A stretch of DNA of 64,000 bases from Octopus vulgaris. Lineage: Eukaryota. Under the pieces are notes generated by a model, which had not been told where the DNA came from, searched no databases, and was given only the letters and a program-made list of their open reading frames with translations. Of this stretch, positions 28,690-41,451 are shown one piece after another (position 1 is the stretch's first letter; every line of letters starts with the position of its first letter). Position numbers and translations under genes: made by a program. The stretch spans positions 92,442,001 to 92,506,000 of the forward strand of contig OX597817.1 of the NCBI GenBank assembly GCA_951406725.2, written 5' to 3'.

Positions 28690-29480
28690 GGAAAATTGGA
28701 CAAGGTAGAAAATGCTAAAATGATTTTATCATGAAGAACATTTTAGTACCGGTTTCAGTCTTTGCGACTTTTTCAACTTAGAGTAGAGTATGAAAAACAT
28801 TTAAATTGTAGAAAAATTAAATGAAATGTTTTTTTTTAAATATTTCCATAGTTTTCAAACACATGGGGCATTTTCCTTTTTTCTGTCTGTCTGTCTCTTT
28901 TATTTTTGTGCAGGTTCAGGAGGTAGGTAGCAGCAGCAGATCTGAAGGAATATTTTATATGAGAGATGTGGATTCTTGGTTTTGATTGTTTAAGCAGCAG
29001 TAGCCAAGGAAGGAGATGGTGAAGAAGAAGAAGAAGAAGAAGAGGGAGTGGGAAAAGAAGAGAAAGAATAAGAAAAATACGGGAGTGGTATGACAGTAGT
29101 AAGTTGTTGGTGGAGTGCTCTTAAATGGTCAAGTGACCTGTTGTATCTGAATATAGTGTTTTTAATATTTGTGTGGGTATTATCCTAAGGCACTTGTAGT
29201 GGTGGCATTGAAAGGGGGTTTATATTTTGCGATAAAATATGACTCTTTGCTAATGCGCTAATTATAAGTTGCATCATCCCTGAATTTATAGAGGGGAAAA
29301 ATTCTGAAGTTGAGTTGTTCATTAGTGGCACAAATGTCAAAGTGTTTCACTGAATGCTATTTTTCTGTATACCTGAATTTTAATCTGGGATCTATGTAAT
29401 GTCATACTTTGGTGTAGATTGTTTTGGGTTTGGCCTATGTATTGCTCCCGACACCCTGAGCAAGTTAATACATATATATA
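28690..29480 (-). mobile_element. 3' end of a Neptune-like Penelope element (GIY-YIG with CxxC) with a minimal hammerhead at 28743-28780
   Basis: [23 protein letters not shown]; minus strand ag-TTGAAAA-agtc-gcaaa-gact-GAAA-ccgg-TA-ct; abuts (TA)n. Confidence 0.78.
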
Positions 29481-29484
29481 TTTG

Positions 29485-29489
<5 letters not shown>

Positions 29490-29574
<85 letters not shown>
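29490..29574. repeat. (TA)n microsatellite
   Basis: Long TA dinucleotide run. Confidence 0.95.
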
Positions 29575-29577
<3 letters not shown>

Positions 29578-30425
29578 GTCACTTGACAATTGGTGTTCCT
29601 GTGTTGACGTACCCATAACTTATTGGTTTGGCAAAAAAGACCAATAGAATAAGTACTAGGCTTACAAGGAATAAGTCCAAGGGTCAATTTGCTCGACTAA
29701 AGGCGGTGCTCCAGCATGACTGCAGTCAAATGACTGAAACAAGTAAAAGAATAAAAGAATGTGTATATACATATGTCTGAGACCCCTTCGGCCATGACAC
29801 AAATCATGGCATTGCACCTAGAAAGTTACCCTCCCAGGCACAAATCCAGGCAAGGTTGTTTATGGAAGACAAGCAGTCGCCCATGCGTACTGGCCTCCCC
29901 TCTCCACACCACTAGTGTTATCCAAGGGAAAGGCAAAGGCTGATACAGCTTGGCACCTGTGACGTTGCAACTCATTTCTACAGCTGAGTGAACTGGAGCA
30001 ATAAAGTGTCTTGCTCAAGAACATGACACGCAGCCTGTTCTGGGATTCGAGTTCACAACCTCACAATCGTAAACTCAACGCTCTAACCACTGAGCCATGT
30101 GCCTTCATATGTATACACATATATATATATCACCGTGATCACCGTGACTGACCAGGCCATTAGATGTTGCTACACATCACTGGTCACAATGCGCTTCGCA
30201 TTGTTTTAGCCTTCAAATGATGCCACCCCACTGGCTAAGCAAGTAGGCCAACTGAAGAAAGAGTGAGAGAAAGTTGTGGTGAAAGAGTACAGTAGGGTTT
30301 GCCACCAGCCCCTGCCGGAGCCTCATGGAGCTTTGGGTGTTTTCGCTCAATAAACACTCACAATGCCCGGTCTGGGAATCGAAACCGCGAATCCGCTGCC
30401 CTAACCACTGGGCCATTGCACTTCC
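29575..30425. mobile_element. Cluster of three SINE pieces (29575-29760 +, 29775-30110 -, 30130-30425 -)
   Basis: Homology to 26456-26620, 12590-12720 and 60560-60860 respectively. Confidence 0.8.
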
Positions 30426-30430
30426 ACATG

Positions 30431-30484
<54 letters not shown>

Positions 30485-30699
30485 GGGAGAGTTCACAAAA
30501 ATAACAAAAGACGAAGACAGGTTGTGTAGAAAACAAACAGATGTATTAGTATAATGCTCAGGAATTGAAAAAGTCTTTTACATTTCGAGCTTACACTCTT
30601 CTACAGAAAGGAACACAGAAAAAAACAAGGAGAGAAAAAAAATCTGTGTAGTGGCTACCGATCTCTTTTGGACATTTACCCTTCAACTGCACCTCTCCT

Positions 30700-32082
30700 A
30701 CTATGGATCACTATGGACTCTACTCTCTCTCTAGATATATATATAAAATACAGTGTACATTTAAACACATAAGGAATCCATTCATGGGATTCAACATGCT
30801 AGAAAGAACAGCTAGGTTCTATAACCACATAATTAGGGATAAAATTCAACAGAAACGAAATGAAAAAATAAGAACATTTTACCATCTAATTTCCTGGACC
30901 AATTGGTTTCTGATTTTAGTTTAGCTTATTTTTGCTATGAACCGCTCTCTCATATCTAGGGAGGAAATTGACATCATCCTATTAGCTAGAAAAACTATCA
31001 TCGAATTTGAAGGTAAATTATGGACTAGGGCGGATACCCCTAATAATTTTGATATACCTATGGGCTCTAGTGACTCAGCAGAGATAAAGAATCTGGTGGG
31101 AGCATACTTATTAAAATGCATAAACAGAGATATCCCTGAATTACAAGGTGGTCTATATAAGGATGATGCTTTGTTTGTTGTACCTAGCAATAGTAAATCA
31201 AGTATTGAGAGGATAAAAAAGAAAATTAGCAAATTTTTCAAAGATTTTAACCTAGGCATTACTTATGAACCTAACACTAAGATAGTTAATTTCCTAGACA
31301 TTACCTTAGACCTAAATTCAAAGTTACATTACCCATTTAGAAAGGAGGGCGAAGTCACTAGATATGTAAGTAAGTTATCTAATCACCCCCCGAATATACT
31401 AAAATCATTAGTTAAAAATATTTCCCAAAGAATTTCAAAATTATCATCAAATAGTGAAATCTTTAACTCTCACTCTAACCATTACAATATCGCATTATCC
31501 AAGGCGGGATATGATCAGGAAATCACCTTTCTTGATATGGATAGTTCAAATCTCCCAAATAATGAAGTGAATGTAAATGACGTAAGTAATATAAACATAA
31601 ATTAATGGAGAAAAAGAACCTAGTGTATAAACCTAATTATAGGAATAAAAATAGGGAACAGATCATAAATAAATATGAAAATGCTAACCTAGATAAACCC
31701 GATAGGCATTAATATAGTACTAAAAGGAATAATAATTCTCGTATGAATACTGATAACACTAATCCTTCCCACTTGTACTTAAACAAAAAATATAAAAGAG
31801 ATAATATCATTTGGCTAAATATCCCCTTTAATTGGGCGATCTCGACGAATGTGTACAGTAGATTTAAATCTATACTGGAAAAAAATTTCCCAGCCTCCCA
31901 TAAATATGATAAAATAATTTCTAGGAGATCAGTAAGAATTTCATATTCCACTCTCCCAAACATGACTACCATAATAGCTAGACTTAATAGTAAAAACATT
32001 AAGTTAGCCAGAAGTAGAATGAATAGTAACAACAATGATAGTAATAATAATTGTAATAATAGCATTAACAATAGTAATAATA

Positions 32083-32128
<46 letters not shown>

Positions 32129-32172
32129 GTAATAATAATAATAATAAAAATAATATTAATAATGATGATAAC

Positions 32173-32213
<41 letters not shown>

Positions 32214-33541
32214 CATTGATGTAAATAGTGATAATAACAATACCAATAATATAGGTAGTATAGATAAAAGTATGGTAGGTGATGATGGATTAATAACTAG
32301 TAACCCTAATTTGCATAACAACGTGATTACTAATAATGAAAGTAATACTAATACTAATAATAATTTAAATAACAGTAATGTGAGTGAACTGTCCTCAAAT
32401 AATTCCAGAACCGAACACTGTCCCCCCAGTTGTAATTGTAGGATTAGATCAAAATGTCTGGTATCTGGTCGTTGTTCGGTCCAAAACGTAATTTATACAT
32501 GCATGATAATAACTTCTAGCAATAGCTTTCTTTATTTCGGATGTTTGGTGGATCTTAAAAGATGTCTTAATCATTTTTCCTCTTTTAGGCTCAAACATAA
32601 GGCAGGTTGCACAACTCTATCTAGCAAAATTTGGGAACTAAAAACAAATAATATAGAATTCAACCTAAAATGGGATATAGTTAGAAGGACACAACCTTAT
32701 AGAAATAGTAGAGAAGGTTGTCAACTTTGTTCTATGGAAACTTATGAAATTTTAAAACATCAGAGTAATACAAATCTATTGAATAATCGTCTGGAGTTAG
32801 GAGTATCTTGTATACATTGCACAACCCAAACATTTAAATACTTTAAATAATAATTTTGTGAGTATTCCTATATTTTTCAAATTTTAATTCTTTATAATCA
32901 AATAATAAGAAATATACTATACTAGCTTTCAATTTAACATTCATAGATGACTAAAATAACTTCACTGCAAACTTGAAATTGGAATTTTTTTCTAAATTTA
33001 ATCTAGCTTTAAAATTAATAAGGCTTTCCCCCAGTTATAAAATACTATGCCTACTCATAATAATAAGTGATAGGTTTTCCACTTTTTTCTCTAAATTACA
33101 CTCTCTGTAAATGGGATTAAGGCCATTTGACATTGACCTAATTTCTCTCACCAAATAGCAGTAATTGGCATTTGTTAGTGGCAATTGCTGTCTTCAACAT
33201 GAATTCCTTTTATGGTGTTCTGAAACCTCCTTTACCCCATTTCTACAATTAAAAAATCTTTATTGCTTCTAACCTTACAGCAGTTAGGAACAGCCATATC
33301 TTGGTCAGTCAGTGGAAGGACTTCATTACCTCATATGTTCTTAAAATTTAAATCCACATCTTTGTCTGTATATCTACCTTCTCTATAATGTTGCCACTTG
33401 TGTATTAATGGAAAACCTCTATAATTGGCTGATAAGTACTCAGCATCTTAAATCTGTTGTAATACTTACAACATTTAATAAAATGATGTAGTTCGAAACG
33501 ATTGTACCCAATTACCGGAGTCATTCTTATTGCTTATTTTG

Positions 33542-33545
<4 letters not shown>
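30700..33545 (+). mobile_element. Naiad-like Penelope retroelement (RT, poly-Asn linker, GIY-YIG, 3' hammerhead)
   Basis: FDIPMGSSDSAEI, GGLYKDDAL, NFLDITLDL, SNHPP, IIWLNIPF, CNCRIRSKC, NVIYTC..YFG, CQLC and CIH; two frameshifts; ends in (TA)n. Confidence 0.93.
33422..33514 (+). ncRNA. Type I hammerhead-like motif
   Basis: taattgg-CTGATAA..GAAA-c-gatt-g-TA-c-ccaatta; G8 mutated. Confidence 0.6.
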
Positions 33546-33598
<53 letters not shown>

Positions 33599-33769
33599 AT
33601 AAAGTAAGATAGGGTTTATGGATGTAACCCACTATGGGATATCAATTATCCAATATACTGTTGGTAAAGTACCCGAATTCTTAATATACAAATGTTTTTA
33701 ATTGCAATGCAATTAATTCATTTATTGAATTCAATGGGTGAAGGTAAAGAAATATTTTTACTGAAAATT

Positions 33770-34209
33770 TATAATACAAATAAGGAAATGGAGAAACAAA
33801 TTCAGTTTGTTCATCAACTTTCGGATATTACAATGTTACATTATTTATTCATTTTACAAATGAGAACATCAAAAGCAAACAAAATATTATATAAATCAAT
33901 AGGTAATATAATAATACAAATACAGATTTTAAAAGTCATATTATAAATTATTGAAATTTATAAACTACTTCTTACAGCTGTTTCAGCCTATGGTAAAAAG
34001 TTAATCCAATTTACATTGCCTATAGATGTCAATATATTAGGGTTGTAGGCATTTAAAAAATATAATACTTATATGTTAAAAGAACCATAGGCATCGTCAA
34101 AGGATATAATTAACTTGAAAAATATAATAATAATATTAATATACTAGACATGCTGCACTTATTACCTAATATATACAAATGAATAATAAGCAAATATCCA
34201 AAAATACAT
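33770..34209 (-). repeat. Inverted copy of the Penelope terminal repeat (pairs with 40948-41385), with hammerhead motif at 33968-34104
   Basis: Near-identical reverse complement; the same spurious peptide appears in ORFs 33692+ and 41210-. Confidence 0.9.
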
Positions 34210-34988
34210 ATATATATACATATAAAAAATTCTAATTTAAGATATATAAATAACTCTAGTAATCACCCTCCACAAATTAAAAAAGCACTACTACTTAACA
34301 TTAGGAAAAGGATTTCTAACCTTTCCTCAAATGAAGAGATATTTAATAGACATAGTGAAAAGTATAACACTGCATTACATAGGGCAGGATATAATGGTAA
34401 AATAAAATATATCCCCAATAACTGCCTTAACGCTAGTAATAAATTAACAACTACTAATAAACATTGGTTAGACATGCATAACAACAATCCAAATAAAAAG
34501 AATAATCACAAATATAATATTGATATGAATAGAAATAATACTAATAATAGTCTAAGCAGGATTAAAGATCATATATTAAATATCAATAATTATAATATTA
34601 ATAATAATGATATAAATAGTAAAGTTAATAAGAACTATTATAACAATAATAACTACAATAAAGCATTTAGTCATGATTTTAATAATATAAGTTATACTGA
34701 TTATAGAAAGTATAGAAGAAATAATAAGAATGGGAATTTTATAAATAATATAGGTAAGCTGTGTAATCAAAATAATGTTATTGATACACTGTGGTTAATA
34801 ATTCCATATGTTATGCAAATTAAAAATAACATAGCAATAAATATTTTCAATTTAATAAACAAGCATTTTGGAAAAGGAAAGAACAAATACTGTGACATAA
34901 TTAATAATAAAACTATTAGAATAGGATACAGTCTTACTCATAATCTGGCCACCATCATATCCTCAATTAATAATAAAAAACTTGATTA

Positions 34989-36621
34989 TCTTTTATTATA
35001 AAAGGCAGATTTTATCTGCCTCCCTTTGTAACTTATAGAAATCTACAATATAGGATTTCTTCAATTACAATTTACCTAGCATTTTTAAGAGTAGAATGCA
35101 TCGGGTCATGCCAGGTCCAGTTTTTAAAATTTAAACTCCAATTAAGCAAAATTTACAGAAAACTCACATTCTGGTGTGTGTGTCAAATGCTTTTCTTAAT
35201 GTGGTTTACACCACACGCACACGCACACACACAGTGTGCAACGAATAAAATGAAAGTAAATAGCGACAGAGTGATTTGAGGAAGACTAAACTGAAAGTAT
35301 TTAAACCACTACTCAAAAAATAAAAAAACACAGCAAACAGAAACAAATAAATACATAACGATTTACTCCTCACACAATTTCTTCAATTAGAGTGTACCCA
35401 TGATTTTTCAGAGTACTTCAGTGGGTGATGCCATAAAAAATTTCTTTCAATTTTACCACCAATTAAGACAAAATTCGAGAAAACTCAATATTTTAACATT
35501 TCACTCCGAAAGCATTGATGTACATGTGTGCGTGCGTGAGTGTGTGTGTGTCATTCCTCACACACACGCATACACATACATATATGAGAGTGGCAAACAC
35601 AAACGTTTCAAACAACTACATACAAACACGTGTGTGTTTGTTATTAGTAAAAAAGGCGCCAAAACACAACTCACTTATCATTCCAACACATTTGCAAAGA
35701 CACACGGACGGTGGAATTGCTATAACAATACAGAAAAGGTAAATTGGTTTTTATTTTACTCTGTATATATTTTATTATTTAATATTATATATAGATATAT
35801 GTATATATAATTGCAGTATGAAACAGTGTTTATGTATAAACAGACGACACTTATATATAGTTATTATAATAAGAGATTAATAAATGTATGCATCCGTTTA
35901 ACCCTTTCGTTACCAAACCGCCCGAATTTACCTATTCATATTTAAATGAGAATATCAGAGTAAATCTCTTTAGTACATTCGTGAAAACACGTATTATACT
36001 TCGTAAACACTTCAACTACAGTTTTGTACAAAAATCGAAGTGTAATTTTAATTCCGTGAATTATGGGAGATTTTTTTCCGAAATTTGTTCCTATTGTGTT
36101 TTCAAAATTTGTAATTCTGACAAAAAATGGATACGAATTTCATTATATCAAGCAGCGAGTCAGAATTCGAAGGATTTTCTACTGAAGACCTTCATAAATC
36201 TAACTCTATGACTGAAAAAAAATGCATCTTTATATAAGAGTGAAGTTGTGTGTCTGTCTCCTACGATTTAGATTCGTAACTACTCCCACATTTTGCGGTG
36301 CAGTTTAACCAAAACCGGGTATCTTATAGTCGTGATTCATATCGAGCCCTTCTGGGTATTAGCGCGCGTCTACGATGAGTCTACGATTTTAAAAAAATTT
36401 ACCATCATATTTTTCCATTTGAATGCATTTTTTTCGCTTTTATATAAGGGAAGTAACTCTCTAAAAATATCTACGATGTGTCAACGATTTAAAAAAAAAT
36501 TTACCTTAATTTTTTTTCAATTTTTAATGCATTTTTTTGCTATTTTTTGGCTATAACTCTCTAAAAATGCTTATATAGTTATTTCCCTTACATGCCGAGC
36601 AACGCCGGGCGATACTGCTAG
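34989..36621 (+). mobile_element. Non-autonomous composite Helitron
   Basis: A|TC 5' end; 3' hairpin ccgagcaacgccggg followed by CTAG|T; no TSD; removal restores the host Penelope reading frame. Confidence 0.85.
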
Positions 36622-38421
36622 TTTCTATCTAAATAGAAAAAATAATTTAGGTAGCACTAATGTGTCTCACTATAACTTAAGATATAATAATTATAACAAT
36701 ACTAGTAATAGTAATTGTCATGGAAACTATAGTAATAGTAATGCTATAACAAGTAATAATAGCATGGATAATATTAATGGAATTAGTAATGATAGGTAAT
36801 AATAATAATAGTAACATAGAATATAACATAAATAAGAGCAATATTATCAATAATAACATGCCGATGGATATGGGAATAATAAGTAATAATGATAATAATA
36901 TTAACAATAATAATATTGATAAGAATACAATAGCAATTAATCATAATAAAGTAAAGCAACTACAACAAGATAATAGGTGCAATTGTAGGATTAGAGAAAA
37001 TTGTGTATTCAATAATGACTGCATGAAAAAGGAGGTAGTATATCAATGTATTGTAAGTACACAATATGATAATAGAGTATATATTGGGGCTACTAAGAAT
37101 AATTTGAAACAGAGACTTAATTATCACAGATATACTTTTAAAAAGAGGAATAGGAGTAATTCTACAGGGTTAAGTGCAAATATATGGGAGCTTAAGGATA
37201 AAAAAATCAACTATAATTTGCAATGGAAAATACTCATATCTGCACCAGCGTATAATAATAGGAATAGAAAATGCTCATTATGCATTAATGAGATTTTCTT
37301 CATAATTAGGGCTAATTTACCGATTATTAACAATCTTAAGGAGTGTAATGGGTCATGCCTTCATAAACTGGGGTATACTTTCTCTAGATACAAATAATAC
37401 TTAGTATAAAATACTCTTTGAAATAGATACAAATAGTTATATTGAGCATTTTCACTTTATTATATTTAGGAGTAAAAAATTGTAATGGGTTATGGGCATA
37501 TCATTTTTTGTATATGTATGTATAAGTGTATAATATATGTATTTGTATATTTATATAAGTGTTTATTTGTGTGTACATATTTGTACATTCTTTATATACT
37601 TGTACTTGTTTGTAAATATATCTTTATATTTATATATATTTACTTTTGTTTTTTAGTATATAGTTATGCATAAAGTATGAGTCAATGTACTAAACATATT
37701 GAGGTCACTATTGGATTTGTATATATGTAGACGCATATGTATATATATATTTATTTATTTATCTATTTATTTATCTATGTTTATTTGTGTGCATGCATGT
37801 GGTAGTTTTAAGTATTATTTTATGTTATCTTTCTTGTATATTAGATATTATGAATAAACTTCAGTACACTTTTGTGTATGTGATGATTGTACTGGTTTGT
37901 ATGCATGTAGGGGTATATATGTATATATATATGTATATGTGTGTGTATATGTATATATATGTATAAATATATATGTGGGTATATATTGACATATATGTTT
38001 ATGCATGTAGTCTGGCCTTTACTGGTATTGGTATTATGTTTTTACATATTTAAACTATGATGTATAATTGCTTGTGGGGTTATATATATGTGTGTATATA
38101 TGTATATACTCCTTATATACTTGTATTTGTTTATATGTATATGGAGTTTTATAGGTGTATTGGTGTACATTTACATTTATGTATATACTCCTTTCGTTAG
38201 TATTAATCTGATTGGAACTACTAATGTTTGCTTTCTATATCTATCTATCCATGTATAATTGTAGACATACTTATTAATAGAGTTAATTTTGTAGGCATCC
38301 ATATATTATTGATGTAGGAATGTAGATGTATGAACATAGGTGTATGGATAAGTGTGTATGTATGTATGTTTGTTTGAATATGTATATGTGTCCATTTATG
38401 CGGATTGTAAGAGGGACTGTG

Positions 38422-38468
<47 letters not shown>

Positions 38469-39019
38469 ATTGACAGTATGCGATAGTATTTTCATTCATA
38501 GTGCTATGAATGGTTCAGTCTAAGGACAGTTGGCAGTGACCTACTTTGGGATAAACCCATTGTCCTGTCAGATTCAGGTGATTGATCGGTTCTGCGACCC
38601 CTTTCGGGTGAATTAGAGGTCGTTCTAAACACCCCTTGAAGAAGAGAGAAGAAAAGTAGTGAGAGAGATAGAGTATAAGGCTAAGGGACAGATTGAGGCG
38701 ATAGAGATAGGCAGTTGGGACCAGGGCAGATAGAGAGGATAAGCAGTAGAGACAGATGGAGATGAGGGTAGTGGGAAGGAGAGAGAGGAAGTGAGGTTTT
38801 GCGTAGTTGGTAGTTGGTAGTCATCGTCGAAGAAGGTAGACGGATCTTGGAAGTCAGCAAGGAGTTGGAATTTTAGGAGCAAGCAAGCTGGGATGCGAGA
38901 GCTTGGCGGCACAGAGGGGATATATGCAGAGGAATGGGCGGTGCGGAGAGAGATGAGGTGCAATGTGGGACACTGGCGATTCAATTAGGAATTAAGGTAT
39001 TTGATTATGTATTGATACG

Positions 39020-39456
39020 TGTTACGATGTAAAAGAAAAGAAGAGAAAGAAGAGAGAAAAAGAAGGACTCTGATGTAGACGATAATGAACTTTGAATTGT
39101 AACGTGAATTGTTGTGATACGAACATTGTATAATGTATCGAAGTGTTCTGATTGGACTGTGACGTATCGTGAACATTATTTGATCTGAACTTGTTTGTGT
39201 ATGATCTGATTGATTTGTTGTTTGCCCTTAAATGCTTTGATGTTGTAACCATTGATTGTCATATAAACTGTTGTTGAATGTAAGCCAGTGCCGTCTTGCC
39301 TCTGTATCTCTGTGCTGCTGCGGTTGTTGTTGTTGTGTATATCTTCTCTCTCTCCTCTCTCCGACGGGTTTCCGTAGCTTATTCGCTGCATCGAACGGGC
39401 CTGTGTGAGGATTTCCGTAACAGTTCGAATCGCGGAGGTCCCACCGTGTCGTAACA
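39020..39456. mobile_element. Solo LTR
   Basis: TGTTACGA...TCGTAACA inverted termini; 5 bp TSD atacg/atatg with one CpG-type change. Confidence 0.8.
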
Positions 39457-39847
39457 ATATGTATGTATGCTTGTGTATATGTGAATGGATGCATACGCAT
39501 ATTTATATGTATTTCATTGGATGTGCGTTTACGGTGTCCATCGTATGCCTTTTACGTATGCATAGCTATATATGTGAGTATAAATACACTTCGAAGGTGT
39601 AAAATACGATTGAAGATATAGTTGTCTGTTTTTTTGTAAATATCTATCCAAGTCTTAGCATAGAAATGAATGGACTTTTACTTAACAATTTATTTAGTTT
39701 AGATAAACTAATATGATTTATTTAACTAATAATCTGACCTCCTATTGTTTACAACTGGCCTAACAGATAAATTCAAACAAATTAGCCAATTGGAAATAGA
39801 TCATGATTTTAAATGACCGCTCCCTAACCCCCAATATATTTTAAATA

Positions 39848-40205
39848 TTTAATATGCATAAAACATAAGCATAAACTTTGTGGATTAAATTCAGCTTTGG
39901 AATTACTATTTCAGATTTTAAAATTGTATTTGTTAGCGTTACGTGGATGTATAAATTTTAATATGCATATAACAGAAACGTAAACATTGTGGATTAAACT
40001 CAGCTTAGACATAAAGTTTGGATTTACTTTTTGGATTCTATAACTGAATTTGTTCGCGTAACGTGGATATATTAAATAATATCTAGATAAACTTTAATAT
40101 GCATATAACAGAAGCATAAACATTGTGGATCAAATCCAGCTTAGACATACATTTTGGATTTACTATTTGGGATTCTTAAATTGAATTTGTTTGCGTTACG
40201 TGGTA
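39848..40205. repeat. Three degenerate ~110-135 bp tandem repeats
   Basis: tttaatatgcata..aaac.ttgtggat.aa..cagctt..ttgtt.gcgt.acgtgg recurs three times. Confidence 0.8.
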
Positions 40206-40912
40206 ATATCTAGATTACGTTACTAAGTAATATCTAGATTATGTTTGTCTGATTAATATACTTATAAGCATATATTTTGTTTGTGCATGTATATATATCT
40301 GTATATGTATGAATATATATATTTTGAACCTTGTATCGTGAATTTTTGTTATGTTAGTAGACATGAGTATAGTATGCATGATATGTTGAAGATTATCGTT
40401 AAAGCAATAATGCTGTTCAGAAATACTAGATTTCTAAATCTCTCATAGAGACATGTACGGTGGTGGGGCGATAGAATGGTTGTATACTGTCAATCTAACA
40501 CGAACGTGACAGTAGGGGTGTACATCACCGCTGTTTAGCCCTAGGAAGCATCGACGCCTCTTGATGGCTTTGACACATTTTCCCTGTGTCCTTATATACA
40601 TTTACGAAGGGGAGACAAATGCCCCCAGCCGCCCGGGCTGCATCTAGGGACACGTGTTTCAGGATGATTGTCCTTCGTCAAACATAGTAGTGTATGTACA
40701 TTAGAATGTATTTACATAACTATACAACGCATGGTATACCCAATGTAACATATTGCTCAATGGTGTTCATTAATGTATTTTGCGCATGTGTATTTTTATA
40801 TATATATATATATATACAAATTGAGATAGGGGTTGTAAATGCAACCCTCTATGGGATAACGTATATCCAATATACTGCTAGTGAAGTACCCAACAAAGTT
40901 AATACATAAATG

Positions 40913-40952
<40 letters not shown>

Positions 40953-41051
40953 TTTTGGATATTTGTTTATTATTTATTTGTATATATTAGGTAATAAGTG
41001 CAGCATGTCTAGTATATTAATATTATTATTATATTTTTCAAGTTAATTATA

Positions 41052-41188
41052 TCCTTTGACGATGCCTATGGTTCTTTTAACATATAAGTATTATATTTTT
41101 TAAATGCCTACAACCCTAATATATTAACATCTATAGGCAATGTAAGTTGGATTAACTTTTGACCATAGGCTGAAACAGCTGTAACAAG
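41052..41188 (+). ncRNA. Type I hammerhead-like motif with very long domain II
   Basis: cct-TTGACGA-t-gcctatggt..accataggc-t-GAAA-c-agct-g-TA; palindromic stem III; C3 mutated. Confidence 0.6.
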
Positions 41189-41386
41189 TAGTTTATGAAT
41201 TTCAATAATTTATAATATGACTTTTAAAATCTGTATTTGTATTATTATATTACCTATTGATTTATATAATATTTTGTTTGCTTTTGATGTTCTCATTTGT
41301 AAAATGAATAAATAATGTAACATTTTAATATCCGTAAGTTGATGAACAAACTGAATTTGTTTCCCCACTTCCTTATTTTTATTATA

Positions 41387-41447
<61 letters not shown>

Positions 41448-41451
<4 letters not shown>

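Larger units (their letters stand above)
34220..41385 (+). mobile_element. 5'-truncated Naiad-like Penelope element with nested Helitron, solo LTR and tandem repeat
   Basis: NHPPQIKK..RISNLSSNEEIF; LWLIIPY..RIGYS; CNCRIRENC, VVYQC..VYIGAT, CSLC and CLH (ends 37397). The 3' boundary is inferred from the hammerhead-bearing repeat. Confidence 0.8.

Noticed and set aside
30572-30612. Minimal hammerhead on the minus strand
   Set aside because: The core reads TAGAAGA and stems I and III are poor; probably a Penelope-end relic but too degenerate to call.
22406-37397. Selenocysteine recoding, as reported for some Naiad elements
   Set aside because: The conserved Cys positions I could read are Cys codons, and the stops are not at Cys positions.
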